Positions 1 through 9,321 of a DNA stretch of 64,000 bases are shown one piece after another. Each line of letters begins with the position of its first letter. Positions within the stretch are counted from its first letter, which is position 1. The notes beneath the pieces were generated by a model. It ran no database searches and had not been told where the DNA came from. It was given only the letters and a program-made list of their open reading frames with translations. Position numbers and translations under genes: made by a program. The stretch spans positions 5,917 through 69,916 of the IMG/VR virus record IMGVR_UViG_3300017991_000013; one strand, given 5' to 3'. Source of the DNA: a virus.

Positions 1-18
1 GGGAAGACGGAGCACGAG

Positions 19-1044
19 TTGAGTGCTGGCGAGCGGCTCGTCTTCGAGGACATCGCCAGCATCTCGACCCCGCTCTGCCCGCTGTGCTGGACCGGGTGGG
101 CGAGCGCGTTCCACCCCGAGAAGCTCAAGGCCAAGGAGAAGGAGGCCGAGCACAGCGACCTGCTCAAGAAGGCCGACCGCGAGATGCGGTTCGCCAAGCA
201 CTACGGCGCGGGACCGAAGCGGCTGACCGAGGTCTTCGGCCTGGTCCGCGAGCAGGTCGGCGAGACCATCAAGGCGTTCCACGAAGCGGGGAAGACCTTC
301 GAGCAGTTCAGGGCTGCGTTCCCCGAGCTGGCGCGGTACGCCAAGGAGCAGACCGAGAAGTGGGAGGCCAAGGAGAAGCGAGCGGCCAAGAAGGTCTGCG
401 ACGCGTTCGGCGTCCCGCCCGCCGTGGTCGGCGGCAACAAGCGACCGATCTCGGCTGGCGGCGTCGAGGGGATCAGGTCCAAGCTGCGAGAGGTCGAGCG
501 CGGCGCGAGCGAGTCGGGGTACGTGCGCAAGGTCGGCGCGTACAACAAGACGGCGAAGCGAGAACCCGAGCGCGGCGACATGCGCCACGACTTCGACGGG
601 TCCAGCTTCTCGCCGTCGGATCACAAGCACGGAGCCGACGTCGACTACTCGAAGAGTCCCTCGTGGGACGGGCTCGACTTCGCACCGTCGGTGCAGCACG
701 TGACCTGCAAGCACTGCGGGGTCAGCCGCCTCAACACGCAAGAGAAGTGCGCGTGCATCGAGTCGGCGTGGGCGGCGTGCTTCAACCCCGCGGTGCAGAC
801 CCACGTGGAGTTCGACGACCAGCACGACGCGACGCGACTGATCGCTCGGCTCGGTAAGGGGTTGGTGTGCTCGTCGGTGTCGAACCACCTGCTGATGCAG
901 GAGCGGGAGAACCTGCCACGGGTGATGGATTACGCTGCGCGTGAGGTGAAGGCGAGGATGGCCGAAGCCCTCCTCGACCCTCCGCGCCCGAAGAAGGAGG
1001 AGAAGGATGGTAAGGAGGTTGATGATCGTGGCAGTCGTCTTTAG
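19..1044 (+). CDS. hypothetical phage protein
   Basis: 341-aa ORF with phage-like codon usage and CxxC pairs; start uncertain near the window edge. Confidence 0.6.
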   Translation: MSAGERLVFEDIASISTPLCPLCWTGWASAFHPEKLKAKEKEAEHSDLLKKADREMRFAKHYGAGPKRLTEVFGLVREQVGETIKAFHEAGKTFEQFRAAFPELARYAKEQTEKWEAKEKRAAKKVCDAFGVPPAVVGGNKRPISAGGVEGIRSKLREVERGASESGYVRKVGAYNKTAKREPERGDMRHDFDGSSFSPSDHKHGADVDYSKSPSWDGLDFAPSVQHVTCKHCGVSRLNTQEKCACIESAWAACFNPAVQTHVEFDDQHDATRLIARLGKGLVCSSVSNHLLMQERENLPRVMDYAAREVKARMAEALLDPPRPKKEEKDGKEVDDRGSRL

Positions 1045-1453
1045 TGCGCTCGCGGGCTGCAAGCCCTCGATGAACGTGCAGCGGTCGGGGCTGCGGTGCG
1101 TGGGCGACACCGGCGTGACCGTGTTGCTGGACGAGCTGCCGGAGGAGAAGGTCGCGGAGGCGCGCAAGGACGTCAAGGACATCGGCGCCGCGCTGCTCAA
1201 GTTCTTGGAGACCGGGGACGTGGCGGCGCTCACGATGTCCGAGCTACGCGCCGAGCTGGAGAAGCTGGTCCCCGTGAAGTACAAGGGTTACTTCGACGCC
1301 GTGCTCTCGGCGGCGAGCACCCAACACGTGGACGTCGAGAAGATCGGGCCGAACAACGTGAAGCGTGTACGCGCTGCGATCCTCGGGTGCCTCGAGGGCG
1401 AGCAGCGGTACGACGTTGCAGACCGCCCGGTCGAAGAGGACGACGGTGGCTGA
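1007..1453 (+). CDS. putative lipoprotein
   Basis: Signal peptide ending in lipobox LAGC; AAGGAGG upstream. Confidence 0.7.
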   Translation: MVRRLMIVAVVFSALAGCKPSMNVQRSGLRCVGDTGVTVLLDELPEEKVAEARKDVKDIGAALLKFLETGDVAALTMSELRAELEKLVPVKYKGYFDAVLSAASTQHVDVEKIGPNNVKRVRAAILGCLEGEQRYDVADRPVEEDDGG

Positions 1454-1689
1454 CCGAGCCACGCTGCTGCGCGCGGTGCTCATTCGTATCGGTGAGCACC
1501 GCGCGGTAGCGGAGCAGGTCCAGCGCGCTATCGAGACGACGCGCCGACTGCTCCGCGACACGGGCGTCACCGACAACTCGGTGCGCTCGACCATCGGTGC
1601 GCTGGACGCCGCACAGAAGAAGGCCGACGAGCTATACGGCAACCTGATCTCGGCGGGTTGCGTGCTGTACAGTTACGTGGAGGTGTGCG

Positions 1690-2121
1690 TTGACGACGAC
1701 GGAAGAGGAAGTCAAGCGGGCGATAGCGGAGGCGGAGAAGGCGGAGGCGGCGAGGAAGTCCGACGCCGAGAGCACTGGCTCGACACCGCCGGAGGGGAAG
1801 TTGACGGCGGAGGAACTGAGGGAGCTGGGCCTCCTCGACCTGCGTGACCCCGTCACCCCGAAGGAGGCCGCGAAGCTCTTCGACTCCAAGTCGCCGACGC
1901 AGGCCGAGCGCCTGCTCGCACACCGCAAGCAGTTGGAGGAACGCGAGGCCATGCTCGCCAAGTTCAAGGGCAAGGGCACGCTCAAGATCGGGGACGAGGA
2001 GATCGACCTCGAGATGGCCGAGCGGATCAGACAGCACAACGCGGGGCGCGGCGTCGGCAACACGGAGAAGAAGCAACTCCGTTGGCTCCGCGACTACCTG
2101 CGACGGGCGGGCGCGGAGTGA
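1690..2121 (+). CDS. hypothetical protein
   Basis: GGAGG upstream of TTG start; good codon usage. Confidence 0.55.
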   Translation: MTTTEEEVKRAIAEAEKAEAARKSDAESTGSTPPEGKLTAEELRELGLLDLRDPVTPKEAAKLFDSKSPTQAERLLAHRKQLEEREAMLAKFKGKGTLKIGDEEIDLEMAERIRQHNAGRGVGNTEKKQLRWLRDYLRRAGAE

Positions 2122-2325
2122 CCGAGCACAACCAGCGCGCCCTGCGCGGACGGATGGAGAAGGCCGGCTGCCCCTCTTGCAACGACCTGCAACCGCAGGA
2201 GGGGCAGCTGGTCCCGCTCTGCCGACGGGGTGACCTCGCCCTCATGATGGAAGCCTGCGCTTCCCGGAGGACGCGGTCACGCAAGCGGCGGAGGAGAAGG
2301 GCCAAGCTAAGATAGGAGGAAAAGC

Positions 2326-2901
2326 ATGGTCAACTACAAGTTCCGCAAGAAGCCCGTGGTGATCGAGGCGTTCCAGATGACGCTGGAGCGGCGGTGGGAC
2401 AACAGCGAGTGGCCGAACTGGCTGCACGCCGCGTGGCAGCAGGAGCCCGGCGAGGGCGGGGTGTGGATCGACCCCGACGCCCCGGTGGCCGAGGGCCGCG
2501 AGTCCGCCGACAAGCTGGTGTGCGGCACGCTCGAAGGTGTGCACCGCATCGACTTCGGGGACTACATCATCTGCGGGATCAAGGGCGAAATCTACCCGTG
2601 CAAGCCCGACATCTTCGAGGCGACGTACGAGCCAGTGGTCGACGACCGCGCCCCGCTCCGCGAGACCAAGCGGCGGCAGCGGGTGATCGCAGCCATGAAG
2701 CGGGTCGTCAAGGAGCACGGCCGCATGAAACTCGTGGGCGAGTCGTCGTACACGCCGTCGGGCGACATCCAGGTAACGGTGCGCTTCGAGTTCGACGAAC
2801 CCGCGAAGGCCATAGACCTGATCATGGCCGCGGTGGAAGAGCCGGTCGACCTGCACGCGCCGGACTGTCAGTGCGCCGACTGCCTCGGGTGGCGGCCGTG
2901 A
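2326..2901 (+). CDS. conserved phage hypothetical protein (KKPVVIEA...GDYII...YPCKPDIFEATYE family)
   Basis: Recognisable motif of a widespread phage family; AGGAGG SD. Confidence 0.8.
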   Translation: MVNYKFRKKPVVIEAFQMTLERRWDNSEWPNWLHAAWQQEPGEGGVWIDPDAPVAEGRESADKLVCGTLEGVHRIDFGDYIICGIKGEIYPCKPDIFEATYEPVVDDRAPLRETKRRQRVIAAMKRVVKEHGRMKLVGESSYTPSGDIQVTVRFEFDEPAKAIDLIMAAVEEPVDLHAPDCQCADCLGWRP

Positions 2902-3356
2902 CCGTCAAGCTCGAAGACGGCTACGTCATGATCGACGTCGCCGATCTGTTCCAGCGCCTGTCGGTCGAGCAGAAGACCGAGCTGGCCCAGCACCTCGCGT
3001 GCGACGAGGCGGTGCTGGGCTTCGTGGCGGACCAGCTGCTCGACGGCTGGACCGAGGCGGGCTGGCACGGGTACAAGCACACCGGGGACGCCGAGCCCAC
3101 GACCGCGCTCGACAAGGCGCGGCGGCGGATCGCGCTGGGCGCGAGCGAGACCGCCAACAAGGTGATCGACGAGCTACAGCGGTCGATCAAGAACACCGAC
3201 GAGGACGTCGAGCGTTACCGCAAGTGGGCCTTCGCGATGTACCACGCGTGGCCCACGCACCACGTTAGGGAGCGGCCGGAGCTACCCGACCCGATCCAGA
3301 CCGCGAGGATCGTGGACCGAGGTCAGCCGAGCCTGCACCCGGAGGGCGGGTCGTGA
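2898..3356 (+). CDS. hypothetical protein
   Basis: GTGA overlap with the upstream stop; protein-like 3' part of ORF 2394..3356. Confidence 0.6.
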   Translation: MTVKLEDGYVMIDVADLFQRLSVEQKTELAQHLACDEAVLGFVADQLLDGWTEAGWHGYKHTGDAEPTTALDKARRRIALGASETANKVIDELQRSIKNTDEDVERYRKWAFAMYHAWPTHHVRERPELPDPIQTARIVDRGQPSLHPEGGS

Positions 3357-3706
3357 GGGTCATCGTAACGGGCGATCGGAACTGGGACGACCCGGTCACG
3401 ATTCAGAACGAGCTGGCCAAGCTGCCGCCCGACTCCACCGTGGTGCACGGCGACTGCCGCGGCGCCGACCGCTGGGCGGGGCGCCTCGCCAGAGAGCTGG
3501 GCCTCACGGTCGTCGCGTGGCCGGCGGAGTGGAAGAAGCACGGAAGGAAGGCTGGCCCGATCCGCAACCAAGAGATGGTGGACTCGGGCGCCGACCTCGT
3601 GCTCGCGTTCCACCCCGACCTCGGTCGGAGCAAGGGGACGAGGGACTGCGTGCGCCGAGCGCAGCGAGCCCGCATTCAGGTGAGGGTGATCGATGGAACC
3701 GACTAA
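3353..3706 (+). CDS. SLOG-family (DUF2493/YspA-like) protein
   Basis: VIVTGDR, VVHGDCRGAD, AGPIRNQEM and SKGT motifs. Confidence 0.85.
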   Translation: MRVIVTGDRNWDDPVTIQNELAKLPPDSTVVHGDCRGADRWAGRLARELGLTVVAWPAEWKKHGRKAGPIRNQEMVDSGADLVLAFHPDLGRSKGTRDCVRRAQRARIQVRVIDGTD

Positions 3707-3941
3707 GTTCGACGAGCAGAACACGGTGCTGCACGCCCCGCCCGGGGTGGGCGAGGACGAGTGCAGCCAGCTGCCCGTGTACCACGGCAGCGGCCTCATC
3801 ATCTCGTGCTGGCGCCTGGGCTTCTGGGAGCGCGTGCGCCTGCTGTTCACGCGGCGGGTGTGGCTGCTGGTGCACGGCGACGTCCACCCGATGGTGTCGC
3901 TGACGCCGGTCTACCCCTTCGAGGCTAAGTCAGATGGGTAA
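3693..3941 (+). CDS. hypothetical protein
   Basis: ORF coupled to neighbours; ISCW...ERV.LLF phage motif. Confidence 0.65.
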   Translation: MEPTKFDEQNTVLHAPPGVGEDECSQLPVYHGSGLIISCWRLGFWERVRLLFTRRVWLLVHGDVHPMVSLTPVYPFEAKSDG

Positions 3942-4263
3942 GCGTACGTGTAAGGAGTGCGAGCGACTGCGCGACGAGATCAGGGAGACCGCGCGGTGGC
4001 TGGACGGGCAGGGAGTAGGAGCGGACCTCGTGGCGAGGGAACTCCGCAGAGCGATAGGGGAGGGCGATGGCCAAGAAGCACACGCGAAAACAGACCCGCG
4101 CCATGAAGCGGCGCAAGGAGAAGCGGCGAAAGACACGTGCCGAGTACTTGAAGAAGGGCTAGAGAAGTGCAAGGGGTGCGGGTTCCACCGCCGACTGGTG
4201 GCGGGCTCCCCGCTGTGCCAGCGGTGCCACGAGCACCGCTACCCCTTCGGGAGGGGCAGATGA
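3934..4263 (+). CDS. hypothetical protein with CxxC pairs
   Basis: Three CxxC pairs; overlaps neighbours. Confidence 0.5.
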   Translation: MGKRTCKECERLRDEIRETARWLDGQGVGADLVARELRRAIGEGDGQEAHAKTDPRHEAAQGEAAKDTCRVLEEGLEKCKGCGFHRRLVAGSPLCQRCHEHRYPFGRGR

Positions 4264-4544
4264 AGGCCGGCGACCTGATCGTCACGTTCGAGAAGGGATA
4301 CTTCCCGTTGCCCGAGCACGGCTGGGCGGGCACCGTGCCCGACGCCCTGCGGATGCTGGCGAACTACTTGGAGGACGAGACGGTCCCCGAGGCGCGGCCC
4401 GTCGATCCCGGTGCCGACAAGTGGCAGACGTTCCTCGAGGTGACCGAGCAGGGTCGCCGCTTCGTGGGGAGCGTCGAGGTGCAGGCGTTGACCGAGGACA
4501 GCGACGGCAAGCAGAACTGGGTCAAGAGGGAGGTCATCAAGTGA
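4260..4544 (+). CDS. hypothetical protein
   Basis: ATGA overlap; GGAGG SD. Confidence 0.6.
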   Translation: MKAGDLIVTFEKGYFPLPEHGWAGTVPDALRMLANYLEDETVPEARPVDPGADKWQTFLEVTEQGRRFVGSVEVQALTEDSDGKQNWVKREVIK

Positions 4545-5005
4545 CCGAGCCGCCGCGAGGTGGTTGGGCGAACTACAAGGAACGGATGCTCACGTTCGCG
4601 CGGGAGCTAGACCGGAGGTACGGTATGAGCCAGGAAAAGAAAACGGTGTGCGTGGACCTCGACGGTGTCCTCGCGAGCTACGACGGCTGGAAGGGGCCGA
4701 CGGTCATCGGCGAGCCGCTCAGCGGCGCGGTGGACTTCGTCAGGGAGCTGGCCGAGAAGTTCGAGGTGGTGGTGCACACGACCCGCGCCAACACCGACGA
4801 GGGCAGGGCGGCCATCGAGGCGTGGCTCCAGGAGCACGGCTTCACCGGGGTCAGCGACCTCGTGGGCAAGCCGATGGCGGTGGCCTACGTGGACGACCGC
4901 TCGGTGAGGTGCGTCCCGCAGGAACTGCTGCCCGAGTTCAGGACCAAGGCGTTCAGCACCGCGCTCAAGCGGGTGCAGTGGCTGGCGCTGCCGCGACCGC
5001 GGTGA
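4541..5005 (+). CDS. HAD-superfamily phosphatase-like protein
   Basis: VDLDGVL motif I, TTR, GKP and YVDDR motif IV; alternative start at 4625. Confidence 0.8.
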   Translation: MTEPPRGGWANYKERMLTFARELDRRYGMSQEKKTVCVDLDGVLASYDGWKGPTVIGEPLSGAVDFVRELAEKFEVVVHTTRANTDEGRAAIEAWLQEHGFTGVSDLVGKPMAVAYVDDRSVRCVPQELLPEFRTKAFSTALKRVQWLALPRPR

Positions 5006-5305
5006 CGTTTCAGCGGGCGGTCTTCCGCCTCGCCGTGCGGTGGGAGCGGTTCAAGCGGGTGGTGCTCTACGAGGTGGCGGGCTTCGTCTACCTCGTCGCG
5101 GTGGTACTCTATTACTGGGGGAGGTGGCTGTGCCAAAAGATAAGCCAAGCTTAGTCACGAGGCTGGGTCGAACGCTGCTCGCCATCGTGGCGTGCGTCGT
5201 GATCCTCGGCGGCGCGGTAAGCTGCACATACGTGGACTACCTCGCGTACGCGGAGCGGTACCCGCACGCGGCGTGGTGGAGCTACTTCTTTCGAGGGAGG
5301 GAGTG

Positions 5306-5881
5306 ATGATCGAGCAACACTACTACAAGGTCGAGGGGCCCTACTTTCCGAAGCGGGAAGACTCGCACATGGGGATGTGGGGCGTGCAGGTCTCGCTGAA
5401 CGCGGCCATGGTGCGCGCGGCCTACTCGCACCGACTGAAAGACGAGCACGTCCTGCGCTTCCGCGAACTCATCAACGAGGAGTTGAAGCGGTACATTCCG
5501 CACCCGAGCGAACCGGGGCTCGCGGACTTCTCGATGTCGTCGGGCCGCGCGCCGATCCTGTTCTGCGGCGAGGGCATGTCGGCGAACAATCAGGCGCGCC
5601 TGCTGGTGCACTCGCTCTCCGTGGCGGGGAACGCCTGCGGGGTCGACCTCGAGCACAACGCGTACGTGGGCAGCATGGAGCAGAAGCAGGAGTGGCAGGA
5701 CGTGAAGTACCTGCCGCACAACATGGATGGCCCGCACCAGGCGCTCGCGGTGATCCGCGCGTGGCAGGTGTGGTACACCTACGCGCTGCACCTGCTCCAG
5801 GAAGAGGGCGCCCTGCCCGAGCCCGAGATGGGCTACCTCGACGAGAACGGAGAACTGACGACGTGGGGAGGTGGAGGGTGA
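5306..5881 (+). CDS. hypothetical protein
   Basis: ATG after GGAGG; good codon usage. Confidence 0.65.
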   Translation: MIEQHYYKVEGPYFPKREDSHMGMWGVQVSLNAAMVRAAYSHRLKDEHVLRFRELINEELKRYIPHPSEPGLADFSMSSGRAPILFCGEGMSANNQARLLVHSLSVAGNACGVDLEHNAYVGSMEQKQEWQDVKYLPHNMDGPHQALAVIRAWQVWYTYALHLLQEEGALPEPEMGYLDENGELTTWGGGG

Positions 5882-6093
5882 TCGACGTGCAGAGCACGAT
5901 GAAGATCGAGGAGGTCGAGGGCGTCGAGGACAACAAGGTCGGCGACCGCAAGTTCATGTTCGTGGAGTCACACCGCACCATAGGCGGCTTCGTGATCCTC
6001 AAGAGCGTGGACCCGAAGTTCCGCGTGACCGTGAGGACCCGCGACCTCAAGGCGGCGCTGGAGAACTCGGAGAACGTGAACCGTCATGGGTAA
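5878..6093 (+). CDS. hypothetical protein
   Basis: GTGA overlap; GGAGG SD. Confidence 0.55.
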   Translation: MIDVQSTMKIEEVEGVEDNKVGDRKFMFVESHRTIGGFVILKSVDPKFRVTVRTRDLKAALENSENVNRHG

Positions 6094-6274
6094 GCCGCGC
6101 GTAACGATCGACCGCATCGTGGTGCCCGTTCCGAGCGACGTAGACACAGAGGTCCTACGTCGCAAGCTCGTGATCGAGCTACAGGTCTGTATCGCGCAGG
6201 AGGCGAGCCGGGTCGTGAAGCCCGCTGACCTCGACGCGCTGGTCTATGTCCTGCCCGGGAAGGGGAAGGGGTGA
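6086..6274 (+). CDS. hypothetical protein
   Basis: Small ORF coupled to neighbours. Confidence 0.45.
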   Translation: MGKPRVTIDRIVVPVPSDVDTEVLRRKLVIELQVCIAQEASRVVKPADLDALVYVLPGKGKG

Positions 6275-6447
6275 TGCGGAAGCTCTACGAGGAGTGGCTG
6301 GAGCTGGTCACGAGGGCAGAGGTGCGCGACACGCTGGCGGTCGGTGGTGCGGTCGGCCTGCTCCAGCGGTTCGAGGCGTGGCTGGAGGAAGAGGGCTGGC
6401 TGCGTGAGGGCGACCGCGCGAAGGAGGAGAACGATGGACCTGCGTGA
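6274..6447 (+). CDS. hypothetical 57-aa protein (below the ORF-track cutoff)
   Basis: TGATG overlap; translated by hand as MRKLYEEWLELVTRAEV... Confidence 0.5.
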   Translation: MRKLYEEWLELVTRAEVRDTLAVGGAVGLLQRFEAWLEEEGWLREGDRAKEENDGPA

Positions 6448-6745
6448 AGAGATGGCGCGGAAGCTGCTCGCGGTCTTCGAGGGTCCGCCGACCGACGAGG
6501 AGCGGGTGCTCCCCGAGGACTGGCAGGGCTACCTGCCCGCGGTCGACGCGGTGCTAGAACTGCTCCCCGCGGGGAGCAACGCAGAGGTGTACCTGCGTGC
6601 GAAGCTCCGCGAGATGGAGCAGACCTGCAAGAACCTAGAGGCGGACCTGCAATCGGAGGCGACCGCTCGGCGGGCAGCGGAACAGCGGGCGCTCGACCTG
6701 CAGGGCGACGTGAACCTGCTGCGTGGATCGGCGGGGCTGACGTGA
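6434..6745 (+). CDS. hypothetical coiled-coil protein
   Basis: AAGGAGG SD, ATG at 6434. Confidence 0.6.
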   Translation: MDLREEMARKLLAVFEGPPTDEERVLPEDWQGYLPAVDAVLELLPAGSNAEVYLRAKLREMEQTCKNLEADLQSEATARRAAEQRALDLQGDVNLLRGSAGLT

Positions 6746-6933
6746 GCGACACGCTGCCGCAGCACCTCTGCAACCGGGCGACCTCGAGGTCGGAGTACTG
6801 CTCGCGGTGTGTGCACGGGCGCCCGCACACCTACGCCCGCTGCAACTCTCGGCGGTCGTGCGCCGCTCGCCACGTGTCCTGCGCGTGCGTGGCCACCGTT
6901 CGCAACTACAAGGAGCTGGGCCGTGGCAAGTAA
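6742..6933 (+). CDS. small Cys-rich protein
   Basis: 7 Cys in 63 aa; GTGA overlap. Confidence 0.45.
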   Translation: MSDTLPQHLCNRATSRSEYCSRCVHGRPHTYARCNSRRSCAARHVSCACVATVRNYKELGRGK

Positions 6934-7132
6934 GCCCCTATATGTCGCGACCCTGCCCGAGATCGCGCCGGTCGAGGTGGACCCGAACGACGAGGACACC
7001 CTGCGGCAGCTGACCCGCGGCCTGCTGCTGGAGGATGGCCACGCACGGAACGTCGTACGACGGGTGTTGGCCAACCTACGATGCGCGGCGTACAACGAGC
7101 AGGCAACTCGTGGTCTAGGAGAATCCGAATAA
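6923..7132 (+). CDS. hypothetical protein
   Basis: GTG start after AGGAG; last gene before an AT-rich gap. Confidence 0.45.
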   Translation: MASKPLYVATLPEIAPVEVDPNDEDTLRQLTRGLLLEDGHARNVVRRVLANLRCAAYNEQATRGLGESE

Positions 7133-7260
7133 CGTTATGACTTTGTAACAGTCTACAGGTTACATTGCTATACCCAAGTATTATAATACTACTGGAGAGA
7201 AGTGTTTCCCAAAATCCGAAAGAAAAGCCTGATTTTTGAGTTCGCCTAGACTCAAAAAGG
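7133..7260 (+). promoter_or_regulatory. AT-rich promoter region upstream of the packaging/structural operon
   Basis: Sharp GC drop; TATAAT at 7182-7187 within GTATTATAA, a 9-mer also seen at 43596-43604. Confidence 0.55.
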
Positions 7261-7310
7261 CGTGTGATCGAGAGACGTGATCACGTTCTGCGAGCGAGGG
7301 ACCGCGTTCA

Positions 7311-7925
7311 TTGGCCAAGCTCCCCGAACCGAACCTGGTGCAGTACTGCACCTTCGTCAACCCCGACACGCAGGTCGCGTGCCGCAAGGTGGCGACGGAA
7401 GGGTACACTCGTTGCTGGGAGCACGGCGGCGGCAACTCCGCGTTCCGACGACCGTTGAACCCCGACGTCGCACCCGGCAAGGCGGACACGGTCAAGAAGC
7501 GTCGGGCGTCGCGCTACTCAGCGGCGTTCAAGAGCGAGACCCTGCGGACGCGGTTCGAGGAACTCCTCAATAACCCCGCCATGCTCGACCTGCGGGAAGA
7601 GCTGGCCCTCCAGCACATGATGATGGAGTCGGTGGCCGCGAAGGTGAAGGCCATCGACCTCGAGAAGATTCCGGCGGAAGCCATCGCCCTAGTCAACCAG
7701 ACCGTGGGCGAGATCAGTAAGACAACCGAAACGATAGCGAAGCTCGAAGGCAAGCTCCAGACGATCATCCGCATCGAAGACCTACGCTCGTGGACCGACG
7801 AGGTGCTCAACATCGTCGTCAAGTACATTGACGACCCTGCGAAACTGGAGTCGCTTGCCATTGATCTTAACAACGCGAGAGTCCCCGCTTCTACCGGGAG
7901 GCGTCGAGAGCCGAGCCAGGACTGA
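7311..7925 (+). CDS. terminase small subunit (putative)
   Basis: C..C..CWEHGG (HGG zinc-knuckle) N-terminus, helical body, directly upstream of TerL. Confidence 0.7.
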   Translation: MAKLPEPNLVQYCTFVNPDTQVACRKVATEGYTRCWEHGGGNSAFRRPLNPDVAPGKADTVKKRRASRYSAAFKSETLRTRFEELLNNPAMLDLREELALQHMMMESVAAKVKAIDLEKIPAEAIALVNQTVGEISKTTETIAKLEGKLQTIIRIEDLRSWTDEVLNIVVKYIDDPAKLESLAIDLNNARVPASTGRRREPSQD

Positions 7926-9321
7926 GGCGTTCGACCAACTGGTAGAGGGATTGCGGATGCGGGCCGACCCCGTTCGGCACCGCTGTGTCGCCAACGTCAA
8001 CGACTTCGTTGAGTTCGTGGCGCGGGACGAAGAGGGGAACCGACTCAAGCAGGCGGGGCTGCACCGTCGCTTCCAAGCACACGCCAACAAGTATCGGTTC
8101 GCCGCGTTCGGCATGCCGCGCGAGCACGGCAAGACCTCACAGATCGTGGCGCGGATCGCGCACCGCATCGGGTGCAACCCCGAGAAGCGGTTCAAGCTGC
8201 TGTGCGCTGGAGACACCGCCGCGAAGAAACGCGTCAAGGCAATCATCCGTCTCATGCGGACGCCCGACTACCGACGCGTCTTCCCCGACATCCACATCGA
8301 GTCGAAGGGCGACACGGAACTGCTCGTGCGCCGCGAGAGCGGGAGCGTCGATCCCACGCTAGAGGGCTACGGCATCATGTCGTCGGTCACGGGCGGTCGG
8401 TGCGACGAGCTGTATCCCGACGACGTCGTCGACGCGAAGCAGATGAAGTCCAAGGTGTACCGCGAGTCGGTCAAGGAGCGGTTCTGGGACGACTGGATGA
8501 ACCTGCTTACGCCGAACGGTCGCGTCGTCTACACCTACACGCCGTGGCACGTCAGTGATCTCAGTGCGGAGATCGAGGGCAAGCCGACGTGGCACGTGCT
8601 CAAGGTACCGGTGGAGCTGGACGCGGAGGGGCGGCCGCTCTCGGTGTGGGACGAGCGCTGGCCGACGCTCGCACTAGAGGAACGCGCCTCGGTCGTCGGC
8701 TCGTCGAGCTTCGCCCGCGGCTTCCGTCTGCTGCCCGTCAGTGACGAAGACATCGTCATCAAGGAAGAGTGGTGGACGTTCTACGACCAGCTTCCCGAAC
8801 GCGGCTCGCGACTGCTCGGCGTCGACCTCGCCATCAGTCAGAAGAACAGCGCGTGCTACCGCGTGTTCGTCTACGTGCTGGTCCACGAGGGGATCGCCTA
8901 CATCGTGGACGCGATCCGCGGCCGCTGGTCCTTCCCCGAACAGAAGAAGCGGCTCAAGGAATTCGGCAACCAGCACGGCGTGACGCGCGCCTTCGTGGAG
9001 TCGGTCGCCTATCAGCAGGCGATGGCCGACGCCCTCAAGGAGGAGAGCGACGTCCGCTTCGGCGTGCAGTCCGTCTTCACCTCGACCGACAAGTACACGA
9101 GGGCGAGTGAGCTGGCGGTGTACGTCGAGAACGCGCGCGTCCGTTTCCCCGCGGACCCCGCTCGACCCGGGCACCCGCTGCCGCGACTGCAGTGGCTGTA
9201 CGACGAGATGAACGACTTCCCCTTCGGTGACTTCGACGACGGGATCGACGCTACCGGGTTCGCCGTGCTCGGTGCTTTCGGCTCTGCGAAGAACGAGCCA
9301 CGAGTGAGGATGATCGCATGA
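7828..9321 (+). CDS. terminase large subunit
   Basis: Walker A-like PREHGKTS, TGGRCD..YPDD, TPWH, nuclease GVDLA, ESVAYQ and DDGIDA; start uncertain. Confidence 0.92.
   Translation: MTTLRNWSRLPLILTTRESPLLPGGVESRARTEAFDQLVEGLRMRADPVRHRCVANVNDFVEFVARDEEGNRLKQAGLHRRFQAHANKYRFAAFGMPREHGKTSQIVARIAHRIGCNPEKRFKLLCAGDTAAKKRVKAIIRLMRTPDYRRVFPDIHIESKGDTELLVRRESGSVDPTLEGYGIMSSVTGGRCDELYPDDVVDAKQMKSKVYRESVKERFWDDWMNLLTPNGRVVYTYTPWHVSDLSAEIEGKPTWHVLKVPVELDAEGRPLSVWDERWPTLALEERASVVGSSSFARGFRLLPVSDEDIVIKEEWWTFYDQLPERGSRLLGVDLAISQKNSACYRVFVYVLVHEGIAYIVDAIRGRWSFPEQKKRLKEFGNQHGVTRAFVESVAYQQAMADALKEESDVRFGVQSVFTSTDKYTRASELAVYVENARVRFPADPARPGHPLPRLQWLYDEMNDFPFGDFDDGIDATGFAVLGAFGSAKNEPRVRMIA

Noticed and set aside
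385-435. VCDAFGVPPAVVG resembling a portal motif in ORF 19..1044
   Set aside because: Too short and no other portal features; may be chance
1446-1847. CDS starting at GTG 1446
   Set aside because: The 5' half looks coding but the 3' half overlaps 1690..2121 by about 160 bp; boundaries could not be supported
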